NCBI GenBank assembly: GCA_902793285.1
Contig: CADBCV010000009.1
Location: forward strand, 1,210-65,209
Direction: 5' to 3'
Source: Oscillospiraceae bacterium
GTDB lineage: Bacteria; Bacillota; Clostridia; Oscillospirales; Oscillospiraceae
DNA: 64,000 nucleotides
In this document: positions 24,718 to 33,803 of the stretch, in pieces
Layout of the letters: every line of letters starts with the position of its first letter
Position numbering within the stretch: the stretch's first letter is position 1
Notes under the pieces: model-generated
What the model was told of the DNA's origin: nothing
The model's database searches: none
What the model saw: the letters and a program-made list of their open reading frames with translations, nothing else
Position numbers and translations under genes: made by a program

Positions 24718-26295
24718 ATGAAAACTCTTCTGAAAAACGGTCTTCTCTATGATGGCAGCGGCAAGCCCCCCTTTCGAGGCGATGTCCTGATCGAGGATGA
24801 GCGCATCCTTGCGATCGGGGAAAATCTCAAGGCAGAGGCGCAGCTGGTGGTCGATGTCACAGGTCTCGCGGTGTGCCCGGGGCTTATTGACGCCCACTCC
24901 CACAACGATTTCTTCTATGACCGGGAGGACGCGGAGAAGTTCTACAGGCCCTTTATCGAGCAGGGCATCACCACGCAGATCACGGGCAACTGCAGCTTCT
25001 CCCCGTTCGGCGTGGATGAGGATACCCCCTACCGCGATAAAATCGGCGGCGGCCTCTTTGACGCGCAGCACCCGTGCAGCTTTGCAAAGTTCAAGGAGCG
25101 TGCCCGGGGCAGGCTTTATGTAAACCTCGTGCCGCTGATCGGCCAGGGCTCTGTCCGCGCCGGGATCGCGGGCTATGATCCCGCGCCCTTTTCCGCGGAG
25201 CAGATCGAAAAGGAGCTCTCTCACGTGCGGGAGGCCATGGAGGGCGGCGCGTTCGGCGGGTCCCTGGGCTTTATGTACGAGCCGGACCGCTACGCCCGGG
25301 AGGATGAGATCATCGCCTTCGCAAAGGAGATCGCAAAGTATGACGGCATCGTCACGGTCCACCCGCGCGCCTGCTCCGTTGTGAGCGCGGACTATCCCCT
25401 GCTGACGAAAAAATCCCATCTCGAGATGGGATTGGACGAGACGGTGGACATCATGAAAAAATCCGGCTGCCGCCTGGAGTACAGCCACCTGATCTTCACC
25501 GGGCAAAGGAGCTGGAAGCTCCTGGACAAGATGCTCGCGGTCTTCCACCGGGAGACGGCGAACGGGCAGCCCCTCGCCTTTGACAACTATGCCTTCCACT
25601 ACGGCGCCTCCGTCATCACGGTGGTGTTTCCGGAGTGGTACGCCCAGCTCAGCGACGCGGAGGCCGCAAAGCCGATCAACCGCATGAAGCTCAAGCTCAC
25701 GATCCTCATGTACCGGAAGGTGCTGGGCATCGACTGGGACGACATGGTGGTGGCCTATATCTCGGACGAGCACCCGGAGTACGAGGGGAAGACCGTCGTC
25801 CAGTGCGCCGCGGAGGAGGGGCTTTCAAACTTTGACATGTATCTCAAGCTCGTCAGGCTCTCCGGGCGGGCGGGCAGCATCTATCTCGGCAAGTACTATA
25901 ACGACGAGATCGTCCGCCGCCTGATGGAGGAGGAGCTCTCCGTCTTCATGACGGACGCCTGGGTGGAGGAAAAGGGCCTGCAGAATATCGCGGCCTTCCA
26001 GACCTTCCCGCAGTTTTTCCTTCTGGCAAAGCGCTACGGGATGCCCGTGGAGCGCATCGTGCGCAAGATGACCGGGCAGACCGCCGACCGCTACGGCATC
26101 CCCGAGCGCGGCTATCTCAGGCCCGGGTACAAGGCCGATCTCACGGTTTTGGATCTTGAACACCTGAAAGTCAACGAGGCAAAGCCCGACTTCCGGCCCG
26201 AGGGGATCGTACACGTGTATATCAACGGCAGGCCCGTCCTGCAGAACGGGCGCTATCTCGGCGGGACCGCGGGGCAGGTCGTGCTCAAGCGCTGA
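24718..26295 (+). CDS. Amidohydrolase family protein, N-acyl-D-amino-acid deacylase-like
   Basis: 525 aa. The N-terminus LLKNGLLYDGSG...DVLIEDERILAIG...VCPGLIDAHSHND is the typical D-aminoacylase metal-binding start. Confidence 0.75.
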   Translation: MKTLLKNGLLYDGSGKPPFRGDVLIEDERILAIGENLKAEAQLVVDVTGLAVCPGLIDAHSHNDFFYDREDAEKFYRPFIEQGITTQITGNCSFSPFGVDEDTPYRDKIGGGLFDAQHPCSFAKFKERARGRLYVNLVPLIGQGSVRAGIAGYDPAPFSAEQIEKELSHVREAMEGGAFGGSLGFMYEPDRYAREDEIIAFAKEIAKYDGIVTVHPRACSVVSADYPLLTKKSHLEMGLDETVDIMKKSGCRLEYSHLIFTGQRSWKLLDKMLAVFHRETANGQPLAFDNYAFHYGASVITVVFPEWYAQLSDAEAAKPINRMKLKLTILMYRKVLGIDWDDMVVAYISDEHPEYEGKTVVQCAAEEGLSNFDMYLKLVRLSGRAGSIYLGKYYNDEIVRRLMEEELSVFMTDAWVEEKGLQNIAAFQTFPQFFLLAKRYGMPVERIVRKMTGQTADRYGIPERGYLRPGYKADLTVLDLEHLKVNEAKPDFRPEGIVHVYINGRPVLQNGRYLGGTAGQVVLKR

Positions 26296-26298
26296 GCG

Positions 26299-27171
26299 TT
26301 AAAAGAGACTGAGCTGCGGGTATTTTTCGGGAAAGTCCGCAAGAAAGGCAAAGCACTTCTCCGGCTCATGGAGGATGCCGCGCGCCTCGCAGAAGCTGTC
26401 AAAGAAGGCCATGAGCTCCTTTGCGCGCGGGCTCTGCAGCTCATAGGCATCCCCGTAGCGGCGGATGTACCGTTCCTTGAGGCCCGGGAAGCGCCTGTCC
26501 AGCGCGGCGTAGTAATATTCGCGGTTCCCCTCGCGCAGGGTCATGCCCATGCCGAAGGCGACCACGCCCTTCACCCCCGTCTCGGCGCAGGACTCCAGGA
26601 TGGGGCGCAGGTTCTCGAGAGTATCGTTGATGTACGGCAGGATCGGCGTGAGCCAGACCACCGTGGGGATGCCGCGCCGCTGCATCTCCCGCAGGACCTC
26701 CACGCGCCGCTGCGTATTGCAGACGCCGGGCTCCACGATGCCGCAGAGCGCCTCATCCCAGGTGGTAAGCGTCATCTGCACGACGCAGCGCGTCTCGCGG
26801 TTGATCTCCTCCAGAAGGTCCAGGTCTCTCAGGATGCGGTCGGATTTTGTGAGCACCGTCGCCCCGAAGCCGTATCTGCGGATGATCGAAAGGCACGTCC
26901 TTGTGAGCTCCAGCTCCGCCTCGCAGTGCATATAGGGGTCCGACATGGAGCCCGTGCCGATCATGCAGGGCTTTCGCCCTGCGCGAAGAGCCCGCTCCAA
27001 AAGCTGCGGCGCGTTTTGCTTGACCTCCACATCCTCAAAGGCGTGGGTAAAGCCGTAGCACCTGCTCCTGCTGTCGCAGTAGATGCAGCCGTGGGTGCAG
27101 CCCCTGTAGACGTTCATGCCGAAGGAAGCGGTGCTCCCTGTCAGGATTCCCTTCGCGTCTGTGAAGTGCAT
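26299..27171 (-). CDS. Radical SAM protein, SplB-like (COG1533-type)
   Basis: 290 aa with the CxxxCxxC cluster CTHGCIYC near the N-terminus. Overall similarity to spore-photoproduct-lyase-like proteins is from memory. Confidence 0.75.
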   Translation of the reverse strand: MHFTDAKGILTGSTASFGMNVYRGCTHGCIYCDSRSRCYGFTHAFEDVEVKQNAPQLLERALRAGRKPCMIGTGSMSDPYMHCEAELELTRTCLSIIRRYGFGATVLTKSDRILRDLDLLEEINRETRCVVQMTLTTWDEALCGIVEPGVCNTQRRVEVLREMQRRGIPTVVWLTPILPYINDTLENLRPILESCAETGVKGVVAFGMGMTLREGNREYYYAALDRRFPGLKERYIRRYGDAYELQSPRAKELMAFFDSFCEARGILHEPEKCFAFLADFPEKYPQLSLF

Positions 27172-27241
27172 ACGCTCACCCCCGAAATGATCTTATCCGC
27201 ATTATACCCGAGAGCGTATCAGATTGCCAGATGAAAATGAA

Positions 27242-27316
27242 GGGCGCGTTGCAAAACTCACTTTTTGCACAATTCAGCCATAAACACCGCGCGGGAGGGG
27301 CAAGCCCCTCCCCTAC
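27242..27316. repeat. Repeat debris: GGGCGCGTTGCAAAA motif plus a solo family A terminal arm
   Basis: GGGCGCGTTGCAAAA at 27242-27256. CGGGAGGGGCAAGCCCCTCCCCTAC at 27292-27316 is identical to the right arm of copy 1. Confidence 0.85.
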
Positions 27317-27361
27317 GATCAAAAACATCACGTTTACCCATTTTGCGACGGTCCTTCCTTC

Positions 27362-27538
27362 TTAATAGACATGTCCGTCGGCTGCGATGATCGTGAGGAT
27401 GCCCCGGTGCAGGATGTATGTATTCTCCCCCTCGTCGAAAAAGCAGCGATACAGGTGCGAGGGCTCCAGCCCCCGGCAGCGCCTCAGCTCCCCAATGATC
27501 TCAAATCCAAGTCTTTCCGCCTGTGCTCTGACGCTCAT
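27362..27538 (-). CDS. 58-aa protein of unknown function
   Basis: The ATG at 27538 (MSVRAQAERLGFEIIGELRR...) is preceded by GGAGGAG 6 nt upstream. The longer ORF-track start at 27652 lacks an RBS. Confidence 0.55.
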   Translation of the reverse strand: MSVRAQAERLGFEIIGELRRCRGLEPSHLYRCFFDEGENTYILHRGILTIIAADGHVY

Positions 27539-27563
27539 GTTTGTTCTCCTCCCCTGTTGCTTT

Positions 27564-27665
27564 TCAGTCTTCCATGGCTTCATAGTAGTCTTGCTCGCTG
27601 GCAAACAGCACATAGCGGCCGTTGACCAGACCGTAGTAACCGGACCCGACATAGTAACCTCGCAT
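27564..27665 (-). CDS. 33-aa Tyr/Gly-rich micro-protein (not in the ORF track)
   Basis: My translation is MRGYYVGSGYYGLVNGRYVLFASEQDYYEAMED. AGGAGGG lies 7 nt upstream of the ATG at 27665, and the stop is 25 nt before the next start. Confidence 0.5.
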   Translation of the reverse strand: MRGYYVGSGYYGLVNGRYVLFASEQDYYEAMED

Positions 27666-27735
27666 TGTTTTTCCCTCCTGTTTTCTTTCTGGCCTTATGT
27701 TAACAGAAAAGCTGTCCAAAAAAATTCCCTCGGTT

Positions 27736-27764
27736 CTTGCACCGGGGGAATTTTTCTGCTACAC
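27736..27764 (+). promoter_or_regulatory. Candidate sigma-A promoter of the WYL regulator
   Basis: TTGCAC at 27736-27741, a 17-nt spacer, TACACT at 27759-27764. It is embedded in the inverted repeat AAAAATTCCC...GGGAATTTTT. Confidence 0.5.
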
Positions 27765-27794
27765 TGATACTGTTTTCGACGCGCTCGCGCGCTA

Positions 27795-27818
27795 TGAAAA
27801 GCAGACGTTGTCTGCTTT
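27795..27818. promoter_or_regulatory. Palindrome in the WYL gene leader (operator or RNA hairpin candidate)
   Basis: GAAAAGCAGAC-gtt-GTCTGCTTTC. Confidence 0.35.
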
Positions 27819-27843
27819 CAATGGAAAACCAGTATGAGGGCAG

Positions 27844-28854
27844 ATGAAAATGGGGGGCGAGGTCATGGCGGCCGGAGATCGCCAGAAGCTCAAGATGCTG
27901 TATCTTTGGAAGATCCTCTCGGAGGAGACGGATGAGGAGCACGGGCTCTCCCAGCAGGAGCTGATCCGGAAGCTGGAAGCCTGCGGGGTCAATGTGGAGC
28001 GGAAAACCCTGTACGCGGATCTGGAGGCGCTGGAGGATTTCGGCCTTGAGATCCTGCGGGAACAGGCCGGGCGAAACGTCCTCTACCACCTTGTCACGCG
28101 GGAGTTTGAGCTTGCCGAGCTCAAACTCCTCGTGGACTCAGTGCAGGCGTCGCGCTTCATCACGGAGAAGAAATCCCGTGAGCTCATCAAGAAGCTCGAA
28201 TCTCTGGTGAGCCGGCACGAGGCGAGATACCTCCACCGCCAGGTGCTCATCACAGGCCGCGTGAAGGCCATGAACGAGAGCATCTATTATAACGTGGACA
28301 TGCTGCACGACGCCATCAACGCGGACCGGCAGATCCGCTTTCGCTATTATCGCTGGAACGTGCGCAAAGAGATGGAATACCGGCGGGGCGGTGCCTGGTA
28401 TCAGGTGAGCCCCTGGTGCCTGCTCTGGGACGATGAGAACTACTACCTTGTGGCCTTTGACGCGCAGGAGGGCATCATCAAGCACTACCGCGTCGACAAG
28501 ATCGTGCAGCTGTCCATTTTAGAGGAGCCGCGCGAGGGCAAGGCCGCCTTCCGGGAATTTGACGCCGCGAAGTACACCCGGGGGATGTTCGGCATGTTCG
28601 GCGGGGAGCTGCTGCGCGTTTCCCTCGAGTGCCGCAGCGAGATGGCGGGGCCGCTGCTGGACCGCTTCGGGAAGGATATCAGCATCATCCCCCTGGACGC
28701 GGAGCACTTTATCGCACATGTGGAGGTGCTCTCCAGCCCGCACTTTCTCGCCTGGATCATCGCGCTCGGCGACGGGGTGAAAATCACCGGGCCGGAAACA
28801 CTTGTGGAGCAGATGCGGGAGGAAACCCGCCGTCTCGCTGCGATGTACGGATAA
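27844..28854 (+). CDS. WYL domain-containing transcriptional regulator (wHTH-WYL-WCX architecture)
   Basis: 336 aa with an N-terminal wHTH (GLSQQELIRKLEACGVNVERKTLYADLEAL) and a WYL-like core (IRFRYYRWN...YQVSPWCLLWDDENYYLVAF...HYRVDKI). Alternative ATGs are at 27850 and 27865. Confidence 0.8.
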   Translation: MKMGGEVMAAGDRQKLKMLYLWKILSEETDEEHGLSQQELIRKLEACGVNVERKTLYADLEALEDFGLEILREQAGRNVLYHLVTREFELAELKLLVDSVQASRFITEKKSRELIKKLESLVSRHEARYLHRQVLITGRVKAMNESIYYNVDMLHDAINADRQIRFRYYRWNVRKEMEYRRGGAWYQVSPWCLLWDDENYYLVAFDAQEGIIKHYRVDKIVQLSILEEPREGKAAFREFDAAKYTRGMFGMFGGELLRVSLECRSEMAGPLLDRFGKDISIIPLDAEHFIAHVEVLSSPHFLAWIIALGDGVKITGPETLVEQMREETRRLAAMYG

Positions 28855-28865
28855 CATGCAAGGAG

Positions 28866-28920
28866 CTTGTGCCCCTCCCGCGCAGGAACGCTGCCGGCAT
28901 AAAACGGGCGCGTTGCAAAA
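28866..28920. repeat. Repeat debris: degenerate family A left arm plus GGGCGCGTTGCAAAA
   Basis: CTTGTGCCCCTCCCGCGC at 28866-28883 (compare GCTTGCCCCTCCCGCGC in copies 1 and 3). GGGCGCGTTGCAAAA at 28906-28920. Confidence 0.7.
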
Positions 28921-29040
28921 TGCGAAAACCCGTCATTTTGAACCCACCCAAGGTGTAAGTTTGTGTTAGCCAAATCAAAGATTTGGACACTCACTTGATG
29001 GGAATTCGTCTCCTTATCATGGGAAAACGGATTGCCGCAG

Positions 29041-29089
29041 CCAGTGTGCGCACAGGTTTCGCAATGACGATGCGTTTTGCAACGCGCCC
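29041..29089. repeat. Repeat debris: family B hairpin fragment plus inverted GGGCGCGTTGCAAAA
   Basis: CCAGTGTGCGCAC at 29041-29053 shares 13 nt with the family B hairpin. TTTTGCAACGCGCCC at 29075-29089 is the reverse complement of the 27242 and 28906 motif. Confidence 0.7.
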
Positions 29090-29133
29090 TTTTTTACAGG
29101 TTGGAAAAATTTTCCGCGGCCCCGATAAGGCGC

Positions 29134-30510
29134 TCAGTTTTTCTTTTTGCCGAAGCTGATTTTGTGAAGCAGGAGCAGCAGGACCGCGAGATAGGCCGCC
29201 GCGATGCCGCAGACCACAATGGTCATCATGTCGGAGCGCGCGGCGAGGCTCACCAGCACCAGAACCGGCGCGCCGAGGATGATGCCGACGCTGCTGCCGC
29301 TCACGAGGTTGTTGGCGGCGGGAGTTTTAAAGTCGCTGTCGATCTCGCGCAGCAGGAGGATGCCGGAGGAGATGGTGCCGGTCATCATGCCGTACATGGA
29401 GATGAGCCCCTCATAATAATAATCGGGGTAGGCCCAGCGGCACACGCGCTTGAGATGGAACCACGTGAACACGCCACCGCAGACGGACATAAGGAGGAAG
29501 TAGCCCCAGAGCCCGCTCAGATCCTCGATATTGATGGAGGCGATGCCGGCGACGATCATAATGTCGAAGAAGAAGCCGGAGATGCGGTTTAAGAGATAGT
29601 TGTTCTGATACTGCCGCTCGATAAGCCCGCTCTTCCTCCCCTTCTCGAGCAGGGCGCGCAGCAGGATCGCAATGGCGGAGCCGATGATGAAATTAAAGCC
29701 CCAGAGGAGGGTGTTGAGGGTCTTGGCAAGCCCCTCGGAGACGGCGGCGAGAGCGGAGGTGAGGCCCCAGGTCGCGAGATAGGTGACAAGATAGGTCACG
29801 AGGACCATGGCGAGCTGAACGGAGAGGCGGTCAACGGAGTCCGCCACGGGCAGCTCGTTCTGATCCTGGAAGAAGCCGACGGAGAGGTCGTCGTCAGAAA
29901 AGCGTTTGGCGGGCTTCACGCTGCCGCGCCTTGCCAGCACGTTCAGCAGGATGACGCCCACGATGCAGGCGCACAGATACCCCGCCGCCGCGATGGCGAG
30001 CCCGAAGCTGCGCCCGCCCGCAAAGCCGAGATTCTGATAGCTCGTGCCGACGTTGTTGGCCTGTCCGGGTCCCTGTCCGAAGCCCATGGGCAGAAGAAGG
30101 CCCGACGCCTTGAAAAGCCCCGGCATCACAGTATAGCCGAGGGTGATGCTGATGACAAGGCCGATGACGCCCTGGACCATATAGGAGCTCACAATGATGG
30201 CACCGGACTTGAGCGCGGCGTGGTCACTGTGGTTTGCCTCCCGGTTCGTCACGCGCAGGCTCATCGCGATAAAGCCCAGCGCAATGCCGTGGTAGACGAG
30301 GATCTCCATGATCTCCCCGTCGATGCGGATGAGGCCCGTGTACTTGAGGATGAGCAGCACAAAGCCCGCCATGACCGCAACAGGCATCATGGCGCTGCGG
30401 ATGAATCCGACCTTGTTTCGCAGCATGTTGCACACAAGGATGGCCCCGGCGATGAGACCGAGCTGAATGACAATATTCCATAAGGCGGTGTTTGCGGCTG
30501 AATAATCCAT
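29134..30510 (-). CDS. gltS: Sodium/glutamate symporter (ESS family)
   Basis: 458-aa polytopic membrane protein. The N-terminus (NIVIQLGLIAGAILVCNMLRNKVGFIRSAMMPVAVMAGF) and overall pattern match GltS as I remember it. Confidence 0.7.
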   Translation of the reverse strand: MDYSAANTALWNIVIQLGLIAGAILVCNMLRNKVGFIRSAMMPVAVMAGFVLLILKYTGLIRIDGEIMEILVYHGIALGFIAMSLRVTNREANHSDHAALKSGAIIVSSYMVQGVIGLVISITLGYTVMPGLFKASGLLLPMGFGQGPGQANNVGTSYQNLGFAGGRSFGLAIAAAGYLCACIVGVILLNVLARRGSVKPAKRFSDDDLSVGFFQDQNELPVADSVDRLSVQLAMVLVTYLVTYLATWGLTSALAAVSEGLAKTLNTLLWGFNFIIGSAIAILLRALLEKGRKSGLIERQYQNNYLLNRISGFFFDIMIVAGIASINIEDLSGLWGYFLLMSVCGGVFTWFHLKRVCRWAYPDYYYEGLISMYGMMTGTISSGILLLREIDSDFKTPAANNLVSGSSVGIILGAPVLVLVSLAARSDMMTIVVCGIAAAYLAVLLLLLHKISFGKKKN

Positions 30511-31646
30511 TATGTTCCCCCCGATTTGCTGTTTTGCTGCCAGACCATCAGATACTTCCGCAGGCAGCGGCCCGTCCCCGCGCGGATCTCGAAATAGCGC
30601 TCCCCGACGGTGAAGAGCAGGATTTTGGTCTTGACCATGGCCATGGTGTCGATCTCCGACAGTTCAAAGCGCCGGCCCAGGATCTCGAGCGCGTCCGCTC
30701 TCTGGACGAGTGTCCCGGTGCCGAGCAGGGTCTCCCGGTGCTGCCCGCCGATCTCCCGCAGCGTCAGGCCCGCGTCGGAGAAGAGCGTGTCCGCCGTCGT
30801 TTTGCAGAGCTCGGCGATCGCGGCCTTTTGCAGGGCCTCCCACTCTCTGAGTGTCGCCACGGGCTCCGGCGGATCAAAGAAACCCTCCTCCGTGTAGAGG
30901 AGATCGAGACCGCAGACGCAGACGACCCTGTCCCCGACGCCGCGGAGCTTTCCGAGTTCTCCGCACTTCGGGCAGAGGAAGAAGCCCTGCTCGATCCCCT
31001 CGGCCCGGTTTTTGCCCCGGTAGCGCACGTGCGCCGTCTCCTGGCGGGCGAAGGCGTCCTCAAAGAGGTCCTGGTCGATGAGGGCCGTGATCTCCGGCCC
31101 CTTCTGTTTTTTAAGCTCCTCCGGGGTATAGATCCCCACGGGGCCGCCGCGGACCCGCCCCTTTCGTCGGTGCTTTGCCCAGCGCGGGAGCGTAAGATAG
31201 CCCCCCTCCAGGCGGTAGGTCACAAGCGGCGCCCCCGCCATGCGCGCGAGCTTGCCCGTGGCGGGAAAGACCGGGTGCGAAAGCCCGTCCCAGGTGGCGT
31301 CCCCCTCCGCGAAGATACAGACGCTCTCCCCGTCCTTCAGGGCGCGCAGGACGCCCATCACGGTGTCCGCGCCGGAGGCCCCTTTTTTCCGCGGGATCGG
31401 CGCGACGAGAAAGCTGAGCACGCGGGAGAGCAGACCCCGGCGAAAGATATGCTCGCTCGCCACAAAGCGGATGGGTTTATCGGGAAAGCTCAGCGCAAGG
31501 AGCAGCGGGTCCCAGTTTGTGACATGGTTTGCAAGGATGAGGCAGGGGCCCTCGAGGGTGCAGGGCACGCTCTCGAGTCCGAAGCGGCGGACGAGAAAGC
31601 CCCGGAGAAGCCAGCATAAAAAGGCCCATCTCTTTCTGCGCTTCAT
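30510..31646 (-). CDS. Lysophospholipid acyltransferase (PlsC/AGPAT-like) with a C-terminal extension
   Basis: 378 aa with the HX4D motif NHVTNWD, FAEGD, and a C-terminal Cys-rich segment FLCPKCGE...VVCVCG. Confidence 0.75.
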   Translation of the reverse strand: MKRRKRWAFLCWLLRGFLVRRFGLESVPCTLEGPCLILANHVTNWDPLLLALSFPDKPIRFVASEHIFRRGLLSRVLSFLVAPIPRKKGASGADTVMGVLRALKDGESVCIFAEGDATWDGLSHPVFPATGKLARMAGAPLVTYRLEGGYLTLPRWAKHRRKGRVRGGPVGIYTPEELKKQKGPEITALIDQDLFEDAFARQETAHVRYRGKNRAEGIEQGFFLCPKCGELGKLRGVGDRVVCVCGLDLLYTEEGFFDPPEPVATLREWEALQKAAIAELCKTTADTLFSDAGLTLREIGGQHRETLLGTGTLVQRADALEILGRRFELSEIDTMAMVKTKILLFTVGERYFEIRAGTGRCLRKYLMVWQQNSKSGGT

Positions 31647-31664
31647 GTTCAGTCCCCTCCTTTG

Positions 31665-32810
31665 TTATGTACCCGGGATGAGATCCAGAAGGCTCTGCCG
31701 AAAGCCGTACTGTTTTTGCAGGGCCTCCGCCTTTTCCCGGCCTCCGCGCCTGTGCTTCCCGGTATAGCGGGCGCGGAGCATGAGGTTTTTGGGCGAATGC
31801 GCAAAGTCCACAAACTCGATCACGTCCACCTCAAAGCCCGCGTCCTCCAGGACGGCGGCGCGGATGGCGTCTGTTAAAAGGGCGGAGACCCGCTCCTTGA
31901 TGATGCCGTGCTCTAAAAGAAGGTCGAGCTCTCCCCCCTTTTGGATGGAGAGGTTCACCTCATGCTGGCAGCAGGGCACGGAAAAGATGTGCCGCACGCC
32001 GTGCTTCACGGCATAGGCGAGGGCGTAGTCCGTCGCCGTATCGCAGGCGTGCAGCGTCACGACCATGTCGATTTTCGTCTCGGCCAGGCGGTCGCGCGTC
32101 ACGTCCGCCACCTCAAAGCGCAGGCCCTCATACCCGTAGCGCTCCGCGATCTCATTGCAGCGCGCCACCACATCCGCCTTCAGATCATAGCCGATGATCT
32201 CGGTTTTGAGTCCGCGGCGGACGGCGAAATAATAGTACAGGATAAAGGTCAGATACGACTTGCCGCAGCCGAAGTCGAGGATGCGGATCGTGTCCCCGTC
32301 GTCCCTCACGTCCTGGGCCACGAGCTCCACAAAGCGGTTGATCTGGCGGAATTTGTCATACCGGGCCTTTACGATCTTAAAGTCTTTCGTGAAGACGCCG
32401 AGATCCACGAGGGCCGGGATCTCCTCCCCCTCGCGGAGGATGTAGTCCTTCTCGCGGTTATGGCCCTGCGCCCCGGCAGGCCGCGGGAGGGCGGCGGCAG
32501 AGCCGGTCTTTTTATAGCTGCCGTCCCGCTTCAGGATGAACTGGCGGCTCTCCGTCTCCGTGACGAGCAGGACCTGGCGATAGCGGCCCTCCAGCCTCTC
32601 CTCCGCCCAGGCGAGCAGCGCGGCTTCCGTAAAGTTTTCATGGAAGGCCTTGGTCCCCTCCAGGCGCTCGGCCTGATAGCGCCGCTCCCCCTTGAGAAGC
32701 AGGGGGCGCAGCTCGATCTTCTTCGCCCCGTTTGCCTCCGTCGGCTGGGAGAAGACCGCCTTGGTGAGCGCCGGCAGGCAGAGCGCGAGCTCCTGTGTGA
32801 TCCGCGCCAT
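31665..32810 (-). CDS. Class I SAM-dependent methyltransferase
   Basis: The ATG at 32810 (MARITQELAL...) follows the rsmI stop by 1 nt. Motif I is IRILDFGCGKSYL. Confidence 0.75.
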   Translation of the reverse strand: MARITQELALCLPALTKAVFSQPTEANGAKKIELRPLLLKGERRYQAERLEGTKAFHENFTEAALLAWAEERLEGRYRQVLLVTETESRQFILKRDGSYKKTGSAAALPRPAGAQGHNREKDYILREGEEIPALVDLGVFTKDFKIVKARYDKFRQINRFVELVAQDVRDDGDTIRILDFGCGKSYLTFILYYYFAVRRGLKTEIIGYDLKADVVARCNEIAERYGYEGLRFEVADVTRDRLAETKIDMVVTLHACDTATDYALAYAVKHGVRHIFSVPCCQHEVNLSIQKGGELDLLLEHGIIKERVSALLTDAIRAAVLEDAGFEVDVIEFVDFAHSPKNLMLRARYTGKHRRGGREKAEALQKQYGFRQSLLDLIPGT

Positions 32811-32811
32811 A

Positions 32812-33693
32812 TCAGCCACCGAAGAGGCGCTTGAGATTGAGCGCCGCGGCCTTGAGCTCGTTTTTGCTGTAGGAGTTGTTCTCATCCGCGAGGACCGCCG
32901 TGACCGCGTCCTTCGGCGTGAGACCGCCGGCGACCATGGCGTCCACCAGCATGGCCTCGGCCGAGACGGTGTGCTCCGTCTTGTTGAAGATATAGCCCTC
33001 GTCGATCTCCACGACGACGGCGTACTCCCCCTTGTCGTAGTTTCCCTTGGCGAGAAGCTGATCCTTCACCTCGCCGGGCGTTCCGCGAAAGCTCATCTCG
33101 TGGAGCTTTGTGAGGTCGTTGCAGAGGCACATGCGGCACTGAGCGCCGCTCTCGATGAAGAAATCCACAAGCTCCATGATGCGCTTCGGGGATTCGTAGA
33201 GGGCGAAGGTTTTGGTATCGCCGTGGCGCATTTTCTCCAGAAGCCGCCTGCGCTCCGCGTTTTCCCGGGGAAAGAATCCGTAGAACAGAAAGCTCGAAAG
33301 GTCAAAGCCCGAAACGGACAGGGCCGTCACCGCGGCGCAGCAGCCCGGCACGCCGATGACCGGGATACCGGCCTCGACCGCGGCCTTGATGAGCTCATTG
33401 CCGGGATCGGAGATGCAGGGGGTGCCCGCGTCGGTGATGACGGCGACGCTTTTGCCCTCCAGCATCTCATTGATAAAATACTTTGCCTTGCCGTACTCGT
33501 TGAACTTGTGGTTCGAGACGAGCTTGTTTCTTATCTCGAGCTTGCCGAGCAGGACCATGGAGCGGCGCGTATCCTCCGCCGCGATGATATCCACGTCCGA
33601 GAGGATCTGTTTTCCCCGGGGGGACATGTCCCGGGAGTTTCCGATGGGCGTTGCGACGATATAGAGCTTGCCGGTCTGTGGGCTTTCGTTCAT
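32812..33693 (-). CDS. rsmI: 16S rRNA (cytidine1402-2'-O)-methyltransferase
   Basis: 293 aa with LYIVATPIGNSRDMSPR, IIAAEDTRRS and ITDAGTPCISDPG. Confidence 0.9.
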   Translation of the reverse strand: MNESPQTGKLYIVATPIGNSRDMSPRGKQILSDVDIIAAEDTRRSMVLLGKLEIRNKLVSNHKFNEYGKAKYFINEMLEGKSVAVITDAGTPCISDPGNELIKAAVEAGIPVIGVPGCCAAVTALSVSGFDLSSFLFYGFFPRENAERRRLLEKMRHGDTKTFALYESPKRIMELVDFFIESGAQCRMCLCNDLTKLHEMSFRGTPGEVKDQLLAKGNYDKGEYAVVVEIDEGYIFNKTEHTVSAEAMLVDAMVAGGLTPKDAVTAVLADENNSYSKNELKAAALNLKRLFGG

Positions 33694-33803
33694 GGCGTTT
33701 TCCTTGATCCTTATATATTTTTGATTATTTGATTATAGCAAAAGCTCCGGGCAATGGCAAGAAAAAACACCGGGGATCGCTCCCCGGTGCAATAAGCAGG
33801 CAC

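Noticed and set aside
27844-28854. WYL regulator as a marker of a BREX, CBASS or other defence island.
   Set aside because: No defence-type genes (methyltransferase, nuclease, cyclase, ATPase) lie within several kb. The neighbours are a radical SAM enzyme, two micro-ORFs and gltS, so a defence role is not supported by this window.
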